A stretch of 64,000 bases of DNA from Planctomycetota bacterium (GTDB lineage: Bacteria > Planctomycetota > UBA1135 > UBA2386): NCBI GenBank assembly GCA_965228735.1, contig OZ245838.1, positions 5,248,001 to 5,312,000 on the forward strand. The letters are read 5' to 3'. Shown in pieces: positions 28,482-38,272 of this stretch. The position numbers and the translations under genes were made by a program. Numbering within the stretch: position 1 is the stretch's first letter; every line of letters starts with the position of its first letter. The notes beneath the pieces were generated by a model, which ran no database searches, was not told the origin of the DNA, and saw nothing but the letters and a program-made list of their open reading frames with translations.

Positions 28482-30113
28482 TCAGCGATGCACGCCCGGC
28501 GCTTCGTTGCCGGTCTTGCCGACCCAGTCGACGTAGCTGCCGGGATACACCTGCGGCGGCGCGCCGTCCGCGCACGGGCTCACGTCGAGCACGCGGTTGG
28601 CGAGGCCACGCAAGAACGTGCGATCGTGCGACACGAACAGCATCGTGCCCGAGAAGTCGCTCAGGGTGCGGACCAGCATCTCTTTGGTCTCGAGGTCGAG
28701 ATGGTTGGTCGGCTCGTCGAGCACGAGGAAGTTGGGCGGATCGAACAGCATCAGCGCGAGCACGAGTCGCGACCGTTCGCCGCCGCTGAGGTTCTCGACC
28801 CGCTTGTCGTGGTCGTCACCGGAGAAGCCGAACGCGCCGAGCAGCGCGCGCTTCACGCCGATGGATTCGAGCGGGAACTCCTGGTCGACCTGCTCGAACA
28901 GCGTCAGTGACGGATCCAGCAGGTCGAGCGACTGCTGGGCGAAGTAGCCGAGCTTGACACTGCCGAGCTTGACCGTGCCGGCATCGGGTTCGAGATGGCC
29001 CGCGACGAGCTTGAGCAGCGTCGTCTTGCCCGAGCCGTTCTGGCCCATGACGCACCACCGTTCGCCACGCTGCACCTCGAAGTCGAAACCGTCGTAGACC
29101 GTCTTGTCGCCGTAGCCCTTGTGGATCCCGTGCAGCTTGACGATGTCGTCGCCGGAGCGCGGCGGCGTCTTGAACTGGAACGCCACGACCTCGCGGCGCT
29201 TCGGCGGCGCGAGCTTCTCGATCTTGTCGATCTTCTTCTGCTTGCTCTGCGCCTGCGCGGCCTTCGCGACGTGTGCGCCGAAGCGATCGATGAAGCGCTG
29301 CATCTTCGCGAGCGTCGCCTGTTGGCGCTCGAACGCGGCCTCCTTCTGCGCGGCGCGGATCTGCTGCTCCCGCATCATGAAGTCATAGTCGCCCGAGTAC
29401 GACACGAACTGGCCGTCGTCGACGTCGATGATCCGGTCGACGACGCGGTTCATGAAGTCGCGGTCGTGGCAGGTCATCAGGACGGCGGCCTTCGCCTGCT
29501 TCAAGAACTGCTCGAGCCAGAGGATCGACTCGATGTCGAGATGGTTGGTCGGCTCGTCGAGCAGCAGGACGTCGAACTTGCCGAGCAGCACCGTCGCCAT
29601 GCCGACGCGCATCTTCCAGCCGCCGGAGAGCGCGCCGACGTCACCGTCGATCTGCGCGTCGGTGAAGCCGAGACCGTGCAGCACCTCCTTCGCGCGGGCC
29701 TCGAGCTCGTAGCCGCCGAGGTCCTGATATCGCGCCTCGACCTCGCCGTAGCGCGCGAGGATGCGGTCGAGCTCGTCGGCCTTCTCGGGGTTGCCCATGT
29801 CGGCCTGCAGCTGCTCGAGCTCATGATGCAGTTCGCCGACCGCGCCGCTGCCCGCGATCGCCTCATCGAGCACGGAGCGCCCGCTCATGTCCCCGATGTC
29901 CTGCCGGAAGTAGCCAACGGTCGCGCGCTTCGGCAGCGCGACCTCGCCCTCGTCCGGCGGGTCCTCGCCGACGATCATGCGAAAGACGGTCGACTTGCCC
30001 GCGCCGTTCGGTCCGGTGAGTCCGACCTTCTCACCGGGGTTGAGCTGCAGCGCCGCGTCGACGAACAGCAACTGGTGGCCGTGGCGCTTGGAGATGCCGC
30101 TCAGGGTGATCAT
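28482..30113 (-). CDS. ABC-F family ribosome-associated ATPase
   Basis: Two ABC domains (GPNGAGKS, LSGGWKMR, LLLDEPTNHLD; GQNGSGKT, LSGGERSR) and no TM segments. Confidence 0.95.
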   Translation of the reverse strand: MITLSGISKRHGHQLLFVDAALQLNPGEKVGLTGPNGAGKSTVFRMIVGEDPPDEGEVALPKRATVGYFRQDIGDMSGRSVLDEAIAGSGAVGELHHELEQLQADMGNPEKADELDRILARYGEVEARYQDLGGYELEARAKEVLHGLGFTDAQIDGDVGALSGGWKMRVGMATVLLGKFDVLLLDEPTNHLDIESILWLEQFLKQAKAAVLMTCHDRDFMNRVVDRIIDVDDGQFVSYSGDYDFMMREQQIRAAQKEAAFERQQATLAKMQRFIDRFGAHVAKAAQAQSKQKKIDKIEKLAPPKRREVVAFQFKTPPRSGDDIVKLHGIHKGYGDKTVYDGFDFEVQRGERWCVMGQNGSGKTTLLKLVAGHLEPDAGTVKLGSVKLGYFAQQSLDLLDPSLTLFEQVDQEFPLESIGVKRALLGAFGFSGDDHDKRVENLSGGERSRLVLALMLFDPPNFLVLDEPTNHLDLETKEMLVRTLSDFSGTMLFVSHDRTFLRGLANRVLDVSPCADGAPPQVYPGSYVDWVGKTGNEAPGVHR

Positions 30114-30167
30114 CGGGGCGAGGACCATACCCGCGGCGGGGTCCGCCGAAAGCCTGGCGGTCCGGCA

Positions 30168-31358
30168 CTACCGACGAAGTCGACCGCGGGCGTTCTCGAG
30201 ATGTTCGCGGAAGGCCGGCAGCCGCGCGTCGCCGGCTTCGTCGGCGAGCTCGCAGGCCCGCGTGAATGCCGCGACGGCAGCTGCGACCTCATCGGCGGCC
30301 ATGAGTGCTTCGCCCAGGCTGTCGTGGCAGTTGGCGGAACGCGGATACGTCGCGGCGTTCCGCCGACACGCTGCGACAGCGGCCACTGTTTCGCCCTTCT
30401 GCAGCATCGCGTACGCCGCGCGATTGAGCATGCGCTCCGGGATCGGCACGTCGTAGCCGAAGCGTTCGGTCAGCTCGCGGAAGTGCCGCTCCAAGCGGGG
30501 CCAGTCACCGGCGTGGGCGATCGGCCACGCGCGCCACCCGGAGAACAGCCAGGTGAGACCGCGGTGCAGTCCGAGCTGATGGGAGTCGAAGTGGTCGCAG
30601 TCCCTGCACCGGCGGAACTCGCTTCGGATTCCGGTGGCGGTGGCTTTCGCGAGCGTGGTGACGAACCCGTCGATCGCGGCCAAGGTCTGCGGGCGCTCCC
30701 GCTGATCGCCGACGTTCAGGAAGAGGTTGACCGGCAACGATGTGCCGTCCTTCGCGATGCGCTCGAGGCGCTTCTGCATCGCGTTGTCCTGCCAGTAGAG
30801 CGATGGGCTGAGCGCGAGGTAGCTCTGGAACGACTCCGGCGCACTCAGCATCGCATGGACGCTCGTCAGGCCGCCGAGGGAATGCCCGATCAGGACTCGA
30901 TGGGGCGCACATCGGTACCGCGCCTCGATCAGCGGCGAGACCTCGGTGCGCAGGTGCTGAAGGTGAAGGTCGGCGCCCGCGGCCCGGTCCGGAGTCGGTT
31001 CCGTCGGCGGCACGTACTCTGCGGAGCGGTTCTGTGGCGCGACTCCGACGACGATCACCTCTGGCATCCGGTCGGCCCAATGCAGGTGGCGCACGGTACC
31101 GAAGGCCGCGTCGAAGTGGACGTCGCCGTCCAGCAGATAGAGGACCGGGTAGCTCACCGCCGAGACGCCGTACGAGGCCGGCAACCCGACTCGGACGCGG
31201 CGTGTGGTGCCGTAGAGCGAGGACCGGAACTCGAGCTGCGTTCCCAGCTCGATGACGGACTCGCGAACGACTGTCGGAGCGCCCTGCTGCGCGCGGCCCG
31301 CTGGGAGAGGGGCGGTGACGGCCAGGACGAGCAACCATCGGCTCAGGGGCTGGTTCAT
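30168..31358 (-). CDS. Secreted alpha/beta-hydrolase (IroE/Fes-like esterase) with C-terminal TPR
   Basis: YPVLYLLDG, GHSLGG nucleophile motif, SPSLYW and a TPR-like end (YPRSANCHDSLGEAL). Start is 31358 or 31367. Confidence 0.88.
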   Translation of the reverse strand: MNQPLSRWLLVLAVTAPLPAGRAQQGAPTVVRESVIELGTQLEFRSSLYGTTRRVRVGLPASYGVSAVSYPVLYLLDGDVHFDAAFGTVRHLHWADRMPEVIVVGVAPQNRSAEYVPPTEPTPDRAAGADLHLQHLRTEVSPLIEARYRCAPHRVLIGHSLGGLTSVHAMLSAPESFQSYLALSPSLYWQDNAMQKRLERIAKDGTSLPVNLFLNVGDQRERPQTLAAIDGFVTTLAKATATGIRSEFRRCRDCDHFDSHQLGLHRGLTWLFSGWRAWPIAHAGDWPRLERHFRELTERFGYDVPIPERMLNRAAYAMLQKGETVAAVAACRRNAATYPRSANCHDSLGEALMAADEVAAAVAAFTRACELADEAGDARLPAFREHLENARGRLRR

Positions 31359-31371
31359 GGCGCGCATGATA

Positions 31372-31407
31372 TGCTACAAAAGTAGCAGGATGCTAAAATC
31401 TGAGCAT
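31372..31407. promoter_or_regulatory. Two palindromic BlaI/MecI/CopY-type operator sites in a divergent promoter
   Basis: TGCTAC-AAAA-GTAGCA (31372-31387, one mismatch from TACAnnTGTA) and ATGCT-N8-AGCAT (31390-31407), in an AT-rich patch. Confidence 0.7.
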
Positions 31408-31469
31408 GGCGATGTTCCCGAGCTGCTCTGTCGAGGTCTTCGACCGGTAACATCAGGGCCCTCCTTGCC

Positions 31470-31853
31470 ATGCCAGACGCCAGTAACCTGAGCCGCCGAG
31501 AGCGTCAGATCATGGACGCGATCTTCGAACTCGGTCGCGCGACCGTCGCGGAGGTCCGTGAACACATGCCAGAGCCGCCGAGTTACTCGGCCGTCCGCGC
31601 GATGGTCGTTCGTCTCGAGCAGAAGGGGCACCTCAAGCACGCCGAGCAGGGTCCGCGCTATGTCTACTCGCCGGTCGTTCGCCTCGCGCGTGCCCGGGAG
31701 TCGGCGACCCGCCGGCTCTTGTCGACGTTCTTCGAGGGCTCGACGGTCAAGGCGGTCAGCGCGATGCTCGACATGTCGGGCGACAAGCTGGATCCGAAGG
31801 AGTTCGACGAGCTCGCCCGCTTGATCGAAGAGGCGCGCCGCGCAGGTCGATGA
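31470..31853 (+). CDS. BlaI/MecI/CopY family transcriptional repressor
   Basis: LSRRERQIMD...PSYSAVR...LEQKG...RYVY...TFFEGS. Confidence 0.93.
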   Translation: MPDASNLSRRERQIMDAIFELGRATVAEVREHMPEPPSYSAVRAMVVRLEQKGHLKHAEQGPRYVYSPVVRLARARESATRRLLSTFFEGSTVKAVSAMLDMSGDKLDPKEFDELARLIEEARRAGR

Positions 31854-33211
31854 TCGAGTTCCTGCTCACGGCCACCGGGTTGCTCGGACTCGGCTTCGTC
31901 GCCGCCTGGCTCTGCCGAGACCGTTCGGCGGCCACGCGGCACGCGATCTGGGGCGGTGTCTTCCTGGGGATCATCGCGTTGCCGCTGGCGACGCTCGTGA
32001 CCTCCGGTTGGCAGGTGCGGGTGCCCGCCTTGGCCGCGATGACCGGCAGCGCCGCGCGCCGGATGGAGTCGATCGGCGTCGAGCACGACGTGTCGGGTCC
32101 GGCATTACCGGCTCACGACCCGTGGCGAGGCTGGCGCCGGGCGGGTGGCGTCGTGTGGTTGGGTGGTGCAGCGGTGGGACTGCTCGTAGCCGTGCGGCGC
32201 CTGATGCGCGTGGCGAGTCTCGTGCGGCGGTCGCAGCGATTACCCGGCAGCGGGGCTTCGACCGTGGGGCGGTTCGTTCGGCGGCGCATTGTGCTCCGCC
32301 GCGTTCGGGACATCGATACGCCGATGACGTGCGGATGGTGGCGGCCGATCGTGTTGGTGCCCGGCGACTTTCGCGGGTGGTGCCCGGGTAGTCGCCGGAG
32401 CGCTCTGGCGCACGAGTTCGCGCACGTCGAGCGCCACGATTGGATCGTGCAGCTGGGCGTGCGATTCGTCTGCATCGCACTCTGGTTCCATCCGCTCGTG
32501 TGGCGCGCTGCTCGCCGGATGGAGGCGGAGGCAGAGAAGGCGTGTGACGATATCGTTCTGGCGCGTGGGATCCGGGCGTCGGACTACGCGCAGCATCTGC
32601 TCGAGCTGGCGGAGCGTCAGCGCGGTCGGCGGTTCGCGCCGGTGTTGGCGATGGTAGGCAACGGACTCTCGATGCGGGTCCGCGCGATCCTGAACCCGGC
32701 ACAACGACGGCGGAACGCCGTGACGCCGTCGTGGCTGGCGATCGCGGGTGGCGTCGTCGCAGCGTATCTGGGTTCGTTCGAGTTCGCGCCTTCGCCGGCG
32801 GGCGAACTGCGGCGGGCGCCCGCCAGTCTCGAGGGCTTCGCGGCGCAGTGGCAGTGGGCGATCGTGCAGCAGCCGGCGCGCGAGTTCTTGGTCGGGTACG
32901 CCGAGCCGAGTCCGCGGCGAACGCTGGACCTCGGAGGTTGGCGCCTGCCGGGCTGCCGGCGTGGCGTCCGGCTGCTCAGCGAACGGGTCCATGGCGCCGG
33001 CGCCGGTTCGGAGCTGTGGGCGAACCACGGCGAACGCGAGCCCGGCGGGGCGTGGTCGGAGTTGCCCGTCGGCGCGGAGTACGAACGAGCCGTGCTCCAT
33101 CTGGTCCGGGTAACGGACTCGGAACCCCGCGTGGTGGCCGTCAAACGGTTGACCCTGTGGTTGCCGTTCGAGCACGAGCTGCCGCTCTTGTGGCTCGAAT
33201 CGGGATCGTGA
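31850..33211 (+). CDS. M56 family (BlaR1-like) membrane metallopeptidase
   Basis: SAATRHAIW, TPMTCGWWRP, HEFAH (HExxH), WFHPLVW and EKACDD; ATGA overlap with the repressor gene. Confidence 0.92.
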   Translation: MIEFLLTATGLLGLGFVAAWLCRDRSAATRHAIWGGVFLGIIALPLATLVTSGWQVRVPALAAMTGSAARRMESIGVEHDVSGPALPAHDPWRGWRRAGGVVWLGGAAVGLLVAVRRLMRVASLVRRSQRLPGSGASTVGRFVRRRIVLRRVRDIDTPMTCGWWRPIVLVPGDFRGWCPGSRRSALAHEFAHVERHDWIVQLGVRFVCIALWFHPLVWRAARRMEAEAEKACDDIVLARGIRASDYAQHLLELAERQRGRRFAPVLAMVGNGLSMRVRAILNPAQRRRNAVTPSWLAIAGGVVAAYLGSFEFAPSPAGELRRAPASLEGFAAQWQWAIVQQPAREFLVGYAEPSPRRTLDLGGWRLPGCRRGVRLLSERVHGAGAGSELWANHGEREPGGAWSELPVGAEYERAVLHLVRVTDSEPRVVAVKRLTLWLPFEHELPLLWLESGS

Positions 33212-33311
33212 CCGTCTCGTTCGGCCGTTGGCGGGGCGGATCGGTCGGCCAGCAACGGTAGCTGTTCGAGCGGGTTGGAACTGGTCGGCGGCGCGTTCTG
33301 ATATCTCGGCC

Positions 33312-33762
33312 GTGTCGACCCGCACTTTCGGAATCACGCTGAGACCTTTGCTCCTCGCCCTGATCGGCGCCGTCGTGCCCGCCCAACAGGCGCACGTCCG
33401 GATCAATCAGGTCGGCTACCGGGTCGACGATCCGAAGGTTGCGATCGCGTTCGCGAACCAGCCACTGACAGGCGAGTTCGCGGTCCGAGACGTGACGACG
33501 GGAGGCGTCGTGCATACGGGCCCGATCGCGGCGGTCGCCGTTCCCGAGTGGGGCCCTGCGTTCTCGCACTACCATCGCCTCGACTTCTCGCCCGTCCGAC
33601 GCGCGGGCCGATTCGTCGTCGAGTTCGGCGACCCGCGCGTGCAGTCGCGCGAGTTCACCATCGGACCCTATCCGGGGCTGCACGAGGACCTGCTGTTCTT
33701 CATGCGGCAGCAGCGCTGCGGCTACAACCCGTTCCTCGACGTCGCGTGTCACCGGTTCGACG
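33312..33762 (+). pseudogene. Truncated glycoside hydrolase family 9 (signal peptide and Ig-like N-domain only)
   Basis: VRINQVGY...PKVA...LDFS...FMRQQRCGYNPFLD..CH..D, after which similarity stops abruptly; the catalytic domain is absent. Confidence 0.8.
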
Positions 33763-33816
33763 TGGCTTCGCGCGGAGGGCTACGAGCTCGTCACGGTCGA
33801 CGAGTTGTTGCGGTAG
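33763..33816 (+). pseudogene. C-terminal remnant of a NodB-type polysaccharide deacetylase
   Basis: A shifted frame reads WLRAEGYELVTVDELLR*, resembling the usual LxxxGYxFVTVxELL terminus. Confidence 0.55.
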
Positions 33817-33831
33817 CCCCCGACCTGCGGC

Positions 33832-34032
33832 TCAGCGGTCGCGGTCGTTGATGGCTTCGATCGTCGCGGCCCGTTCGCGAGCCTTCTCGTTCTGCTTCGC
33901 GACGTCGTGGAGCAGCCGTTCACGGGCCTGCATCGGCGCCACGACCGGGAGCGCCGCGTCGGGTGTGTCGGACTCGCTGCCGCCGCAACCGGCGAGCAGG
34001 CAGGACACGAGAACGATGGCGGCACGCTTCAT
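33832..34032 (-). CDS. Small lipoprotein
   Basis: MKRAAIVLVSCLLAGC signal peptide with LAGC lipobox; 66 aa. Confidence 0.7.
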   Translation of the reverse strand: MKRAAIVLVSCLLAGCGGSESDTPDAALPVVAPMQARERLLHDVAKQNEKARERAATIEAINDRDR

Positions 34033-34083
34033 GGCCGTTCCATCGGCTTTGGCGGTGCCGTTCTGGTGCCGAGATCGGTGCGC

Positions 34084-36177
34084 TCACTGCTGCGGCAGGA
34101 AGCGCACCGCGTCGACGATCACGAAACCGTCGGTGCCATGGTTGCTCACGACGACCTTGGTGGGGCCGCTGAGCATCAGCGTGGCGAACGTGTGGAAGCC
34201 GTCGTCGTCGAACGGGCCGGCGCGCTGGTCGATCGGATAGCGATGCACGAGTCGGCCGACCTCGAGCCGCACCGGGACGTTCGTCGCGCGGTTCTCGTGC
34301 GTGGTGTAGGCCAGCTGCACCGCGTATCGGCCCGGCGGCAGGTCGGCGCTGAACGTCGCGGTGCACGAGCCGTCGCGCGCGTCGAGGTCGTGGAAGTAGC
34401 CGAGGTGGACGCCGGCGGCGACGGTCGACTTGCGCCAGTTGCCCGTGAGCTCGGCCGCGAGATCGTCGATGACGGTGCCGGCGAGGCCCTGCAGCGCCGT
34501 GTATCGATCGTCGCGAAAGCGCAGCACCTGCCCGTCCGCGACGAGGCGCTCGGCCAGCGCGTCGTAGTCCAGCTCCTGCACGGCGAGGCCGCGATCGAGG
34601 CAGAGCGCCGCGGCCGTCGCGGCGGATTGGCCGAGGATCATGAATACGGGCTCCATGCGGATCGAGCCGTACGCGATGTGCGAGGACGACAGACAAACGG
34701 GCACGAGCAGGTTCTCGCACTCCGCGCGCTTCGGGATGATCGCGCCGTAGTCGACCGGATACGGGCCACCCGGGTTGATCTGGATGTCGCCCTCGTTCTT
34801 CGCGTGGCCGTTGCTGTCCACGTAGCGCTGCACATGGTGGCTGTCCATGTTGTACGAGCCCATGCCGATCGGCCGCGGCGTCGGCAGTTGCCGGCGCAGG
34901 TGTCGTTCGGTCTGCACCCAGTCGCTGACCATCCGGCGGGCCTCCCGGACGTAGAGCTGATGGGGCCAGTGGCCGTTGCCCTTGAACTCGTCGCGCGCGA
35001 GGCCCCACCGCTGCATGCGTTCGCGGATGTCCGTCGGCACGCGCGGGTCGTTCGCCAGGAACCACAGCAAGCCCTGCTGATAGGTCGTGTGCTCCGCGAT
35101 GATCGCGCGGCGCTCCGCGTAGCTGCCGTCGGGGTAGCCGTAGTTCATCCCGATGTTGTCGAACGAGAAGCCGCCGTGGTTGTTGGTGTCCGTCTTGCGA
35201 TTGGGGATCGGGTCGAACTTGTTGAACACGCCTTTCCAGCCGGCCAGGAGCGACCGCAGAGCGAGTTCGTACTGCGTGCTGTCGTAGCCGTCCGGTTTGG
35301 GGAACGGCACGCGGTTGTCGGGGTGATCCGTCATGCACGTGCGAAAGCAGTAGGCCTGCACCCGGTGGTCGCCGGCGAACTCCTCTCCGGGTGAGTCGCC
35401 GTGGATGCGTGGTAGCAGGCCCGAATCGGGATCGCCCGGCACGACGTACGGATCGACGGGGCGGTGGAACTGGTGCGAACGTGCCCGCCGCGTCTGCACG
35501 CCGTTGAGGGTCTCGCCGTACCTGCTGTTGGGCTCGCGTCCGACGGTGTAGCTCACGCCGGCGGCGGCCATCAGGTCGCCTTCGTAGGTGGCGTCGATGA
35601 ACATCCGGCCTTCGAACGTGCGCCCTGACAACATCGTGATGCGCTCGATGCGGCCGTTCTCCTTCGTGACGCCGTGCTCCCGGTCGAGCCACTCGTCGCG
35701 GTGCACCGTGATCTCGTGTTCGGCGACGAAGCGCTCGAAGATCGCCTCCGCGACGTGCGGCTCGAAGATCCACATCGTGCGGTCGGCGCCATCGACCGCT
35801 GGCGTTCCTTGCCCTCGGTTGCCGTACTCGGCGCGCTTCTGCCATCGCCACGCGGAGTCGTCATCGTAGTGCTCGAACACGCGGTGGTAGAACGAGCGCG
35901 CGAGGCCGCCGATGACCGCTTTGTTGCCCGAGTCGGTCCAGCCGAGGCCGCCGGCCGAGAGCCCGCCGAGGTGGCGGTCCGGACCGACGATCACGACGGA
36001 TCGACCCATTGCCCGCGCCTGCACGGCTGCGATCACGCCGGCCGACGTGCAGCCGTAGATCACGATGTCGCGCTCGCGCTCGGGTTCCTGCGCGGGATCC
36101 TGCCCTGGGGCGGGCGGTGCGAGTGACGCGAGCAGCAGCGCGGCCGTGAGCCCGATTCGCGTGACGAGGCGAGGCAT
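34084..36177 (-). CDS. Secreted FAD-dependent oxidoreductase with C-terminal golvesin/xanthan-lyase-like domain
   Basis: DIVIYGCTSAGVIAA, FIDATYEGDL, LYVREARR, SSSHIAYGSIRMEP and C-terminal VIVDAVRF. Confidence 0.9.
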   Translation of the reverse strand: MPRLVTRIGLTAALLLASLAPPAPGQDPAQEPERERDIVIYGCTSAGVIAAVQARAMGRSVVIVGPDRHLGGLSAGGLGWTDSGNKAVIGGLARSFYHRVFEHYDDDSAWRWQKRAEYGNRGQGTPAVDGADRTMWIFEPHVAEAIFERFVAEHEITVHRDEWLDREHGVTKENGRIERITMLSGRTFEGRMFIDATYEGDLMAAAGVSYTVGREPNSRYGETLNGVQTRRARSHQFHRPVDPYVVPGDPDSGLLPRIHGDSPGEEFAGDHRVQAYCFRTCMTDHPDNRVPFPKPDGYDSTQYELALRSLLAGWKGVFNKFDPIPNRKTDTNNHGGFSFDNIGMNYGYPDGSYAERRAIIAEHTTYQQGLLWFLANDPRVPTDIRERMQRWGLARDEFKGNGHWPHQLYVREARRMVSDWVQTERHLRRQLPTPRPIGMGSYNMDSHHVQRYVDSNGHAKNEGDIQINPGGPYPVDYGAIIPKRAECENLLVPVCLSSSHIAYGSIRMEPVFMILGQSAATAAALCLDRGLAVQELDYDALAERLVADGQVLRFRDDRYTALQGLAGTVIDDLAAELTGNWRKSTVAAGVHLGYFHDLDARDGSCTATFSADLPPGRYAVQLAYTTHENRATNVPVRLEVGRLVHRYPIDQRAGPFDDDGFHTFATLMLSGPTKVVVSNHGTDGFVIVDAVRFLPQQ

Positions 36178-36250
36178 GGACGTGAAGGCTAACACTGCCG
36201 CGTGCGCCAATGCCGGGCGGCTGCGGCGTTCTCGCGGTACGGTCTCCTCA

Positions 36251-37504
36251 ATGAACGCCACCCGCCTCGGCCTCGCCCTCGGTCTCGTTGCCGCCGTCGC
36301 CGTGACCGCAGCCGCCGCCGCCCAGCGCCCCGGCACGTGGCGCTGCCGGTACGTGCTCGCCGAGGACGGCAAGAGCTGGCGCGAGAACGTCGTCGTCGTG
36401 ACGATGCTCGACCGGATCATCGCCGTTCGTCCGGCCAAGGCGGGAGAACGTGTCGACCGCGACTTCGGCGATCGCTGGCTGATCCCCGGCCTGATCGACC
36501 TGCACACGCACTTGTTGCTGCGGCCCTACGACGAACGCAGCTGGAACGACCAGGTGCTCGAGGATTCGGACGGGCTGCGGACGCTGCGCGGTGCGGACTT
36601 CGCCAAACGAACGCTCTTGCGCGGTTGGATCGCGATCCGCGACCTCGGCACGGAAGGCGCGGGCTATGCCGATGTCGATCTCGTTCGCGGGATGGCGGAG
36701 CTGCGATTCCGTGGTCCCCGCATCTACCCGGCGACCCGGGCGATCGTGCAGTGCGGCCGCTACGGCCCGAGCCCGAACGATCCCGCGGTCAAGAAGGGCG
36801 CGCAATGCGTCGCCGGCGAGGCCGAGATCGTTGCGGCCGTGCGCGAGCAGGTCGCCGGCGGCGCGCAGTGGATCAAGGTCTACGCCGACTATCGCTACGG
36901 TCCGGACAACGGCGTGGCGCCGACGTTTTCGCTGGCGGAGCTGCAGGTCCTGTGCGCCGAGGCGAAGCGGCTCGGTCGCAAGGTCGCCGCCCATGCGCAG
37001 ACGGACGAGGGCATGCGACGCGCGACGCTGGCGGGCGTGGCCACGATCGAGCACGGTGCCGGGGGTAGCGCGGAGACGTTCGCGCTGATGAAGGAGAAGG
37101 GCGTCGTGCTGTGTCCCTGCCTCGCGGCGACCGAAGCGATCGTCCAGTACCGCGGCCACGAGGGACCGATCGTCGAACGCCTCAATCTCGGCCGCCTCGG
37201 TTTCCAGCGCGCGCTGGCCGCCGGTGTCACGATCGCGTGTGGCAGCGATGCCGGCGTGTTCGACCACGGCGACAACGCGCGCGAGCTCGAGCTCATGGTC
37301 GCGGCTGGCATGACGCCGGAGCAGGCGCTGCGCTCGGCGACGATCACCGCCGCGCAGGTGCTCGGCGCCGACGATCTCGGCGTCGTCCGGCCGGGCGCCC
37401 ATGGGTTCGTCGTGCTCGATGCCGATCCGCTGGCCGACATCGCCGCCGTACGCCGGGTGCGCGCCGTCGTCCGTGAGGGCGATGAGATCGAGCGCGGGTG
37501 GTAG
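36251..37504 (+). CDS. Secreted metal-dependent amidohydrolase (Xaa-Pro dipeptidase-like subgroup)
   Basis: PGLIDLHTH, RDLGTEGA, WIKVYAD, VAAHA, TIEHG and GSDAG. Confidence 0.92.
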   Translation: MNATRLGLALGLVAAVAVTAAAAAQRPGTWRCRYVLAEDGKSWRENVVVVTMLDRIIAVRPAKAGERVDRDFGDRWLIPGLIDLHTHLLLRPYDERSWNDQVLEDSDGLRTLRGADFAKRTLLRGWIAIRDLGTEGAGYADVDLVRGMAELRFRGPRIYPATRAIVQCGRYGPSPNDPAVKKGAQCVAGEAEIVAAVREQVAGGAQWIKVYADYRYGPDNGVAPTFSLAELQVLCAEAKRLGRKVAAHAQTDEGMRRATLAGVATIEHGAGGSAETFALMKEKGVVLCPCLAATEAIVQYRGHEGPIVERLNLGRLGFQRALAAGVTIACGSDAGVFDHGDNARELELMVAAGMTPEQALRSATITAAQVLGADDLGVVRPGAHGFVVLDADPLADIAAVRRVRAVVREGDEIERGW

Positions 37505-37531
37505 GGCGGCGCAGCGATCGGCGTCGATCGA

Positions 37532-38059
37532 TCAGGTGCTCGGGAACGCGGCGCCACCGCGCGGCGGGTACTCGTTCTCGATGACCCAGTCGACCATGCC
37601 GAGCAGCGCCTTGGCCGGCGGCCGCGAGAACGGCATCGTCTGCACGATCGACGAGTAGAGCGTTCCGTCGGGCCGGACGAAGAACAGACCGGGCTCGTTG
37701 AACATCGGCGGCTCCTTGTCGTTCAGCGCAGCGGAGACGAAGAGCCCCCAGCGCTCGGCGTCCGCGAGCTCGAGTTCGAAGCCGACGGTGAGCCGGTCCA
37801 GGCCCCATTCCTCCACGGTGCGCTTCGCCAGTTCTTCCGAGTTCATGCTGACCGCGAACAACTCGATCCCGCGCTGCGTGAAATCGTCGACCATGCTGTT
37901 CAGCTCCACGAGCTGCTTCTTGCACAGTGGTCAATGGTGGCCGCGATACGCCACGATCAGCGTGAACGACCGGGGCCTCCGATCGGACAGGGTCCAGCGG
38001 CCTCCGCTGGTGGTCTTGGCGGACAGTTCGGGCGCCTTGGCGCCGGGTAGGGGTTTCAT
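37532..38059 (-). CDS. AhpC/TSA peroxiredoxin-like protein with in-frame UGA (probable selenocysteine, UxxC)
   Basis: MKPLPGAKAPELSAKT...LIVAYRGHH[TGA 37933-37931]PLCKKQL...FNEPGLFFVRPDGTLY...MPFSRP. The frame is continuous across the TGA, giving 175 aa with readthrough. Confidence 0.85.
37901..37915 (-). promoter_or_regulatory. Candidate bacterial SECIS hairpin
   Basis: mRNA CAGCUC-GUG-GAGCUG: 6-bp stem, with a loop that starts GU 21 nt after the UGA. Confidence 0.65.
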
Positions 38060-38272
38060 CGTTCGTTGCTCCATTGGGCCATATTCGGGGAAAGCACTCC
38101 CGCAGATGCGCGCGTGGGCGGAAGAGCACCCGATCTGATGTGGCCGCTGGGCCCTCCGGGCAGATCCTGTGCTTCGCGCATGTCCTGCTCGCCTGGCGAT
38201 CCGTCGGCAGATCAGTGCCGTTACCGCGATCGAGTTGCTAACGTGCTGCCGACGATGCAGGGTTCCGTTCCG

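Noticed and set aside
28482..30113. ABC-F protein as an antibiotic resistance determinant
   Set aside because: Nothing in the sequence separates it from housekeeping ABC-F translation factors; subfamily HMMs would be needed.
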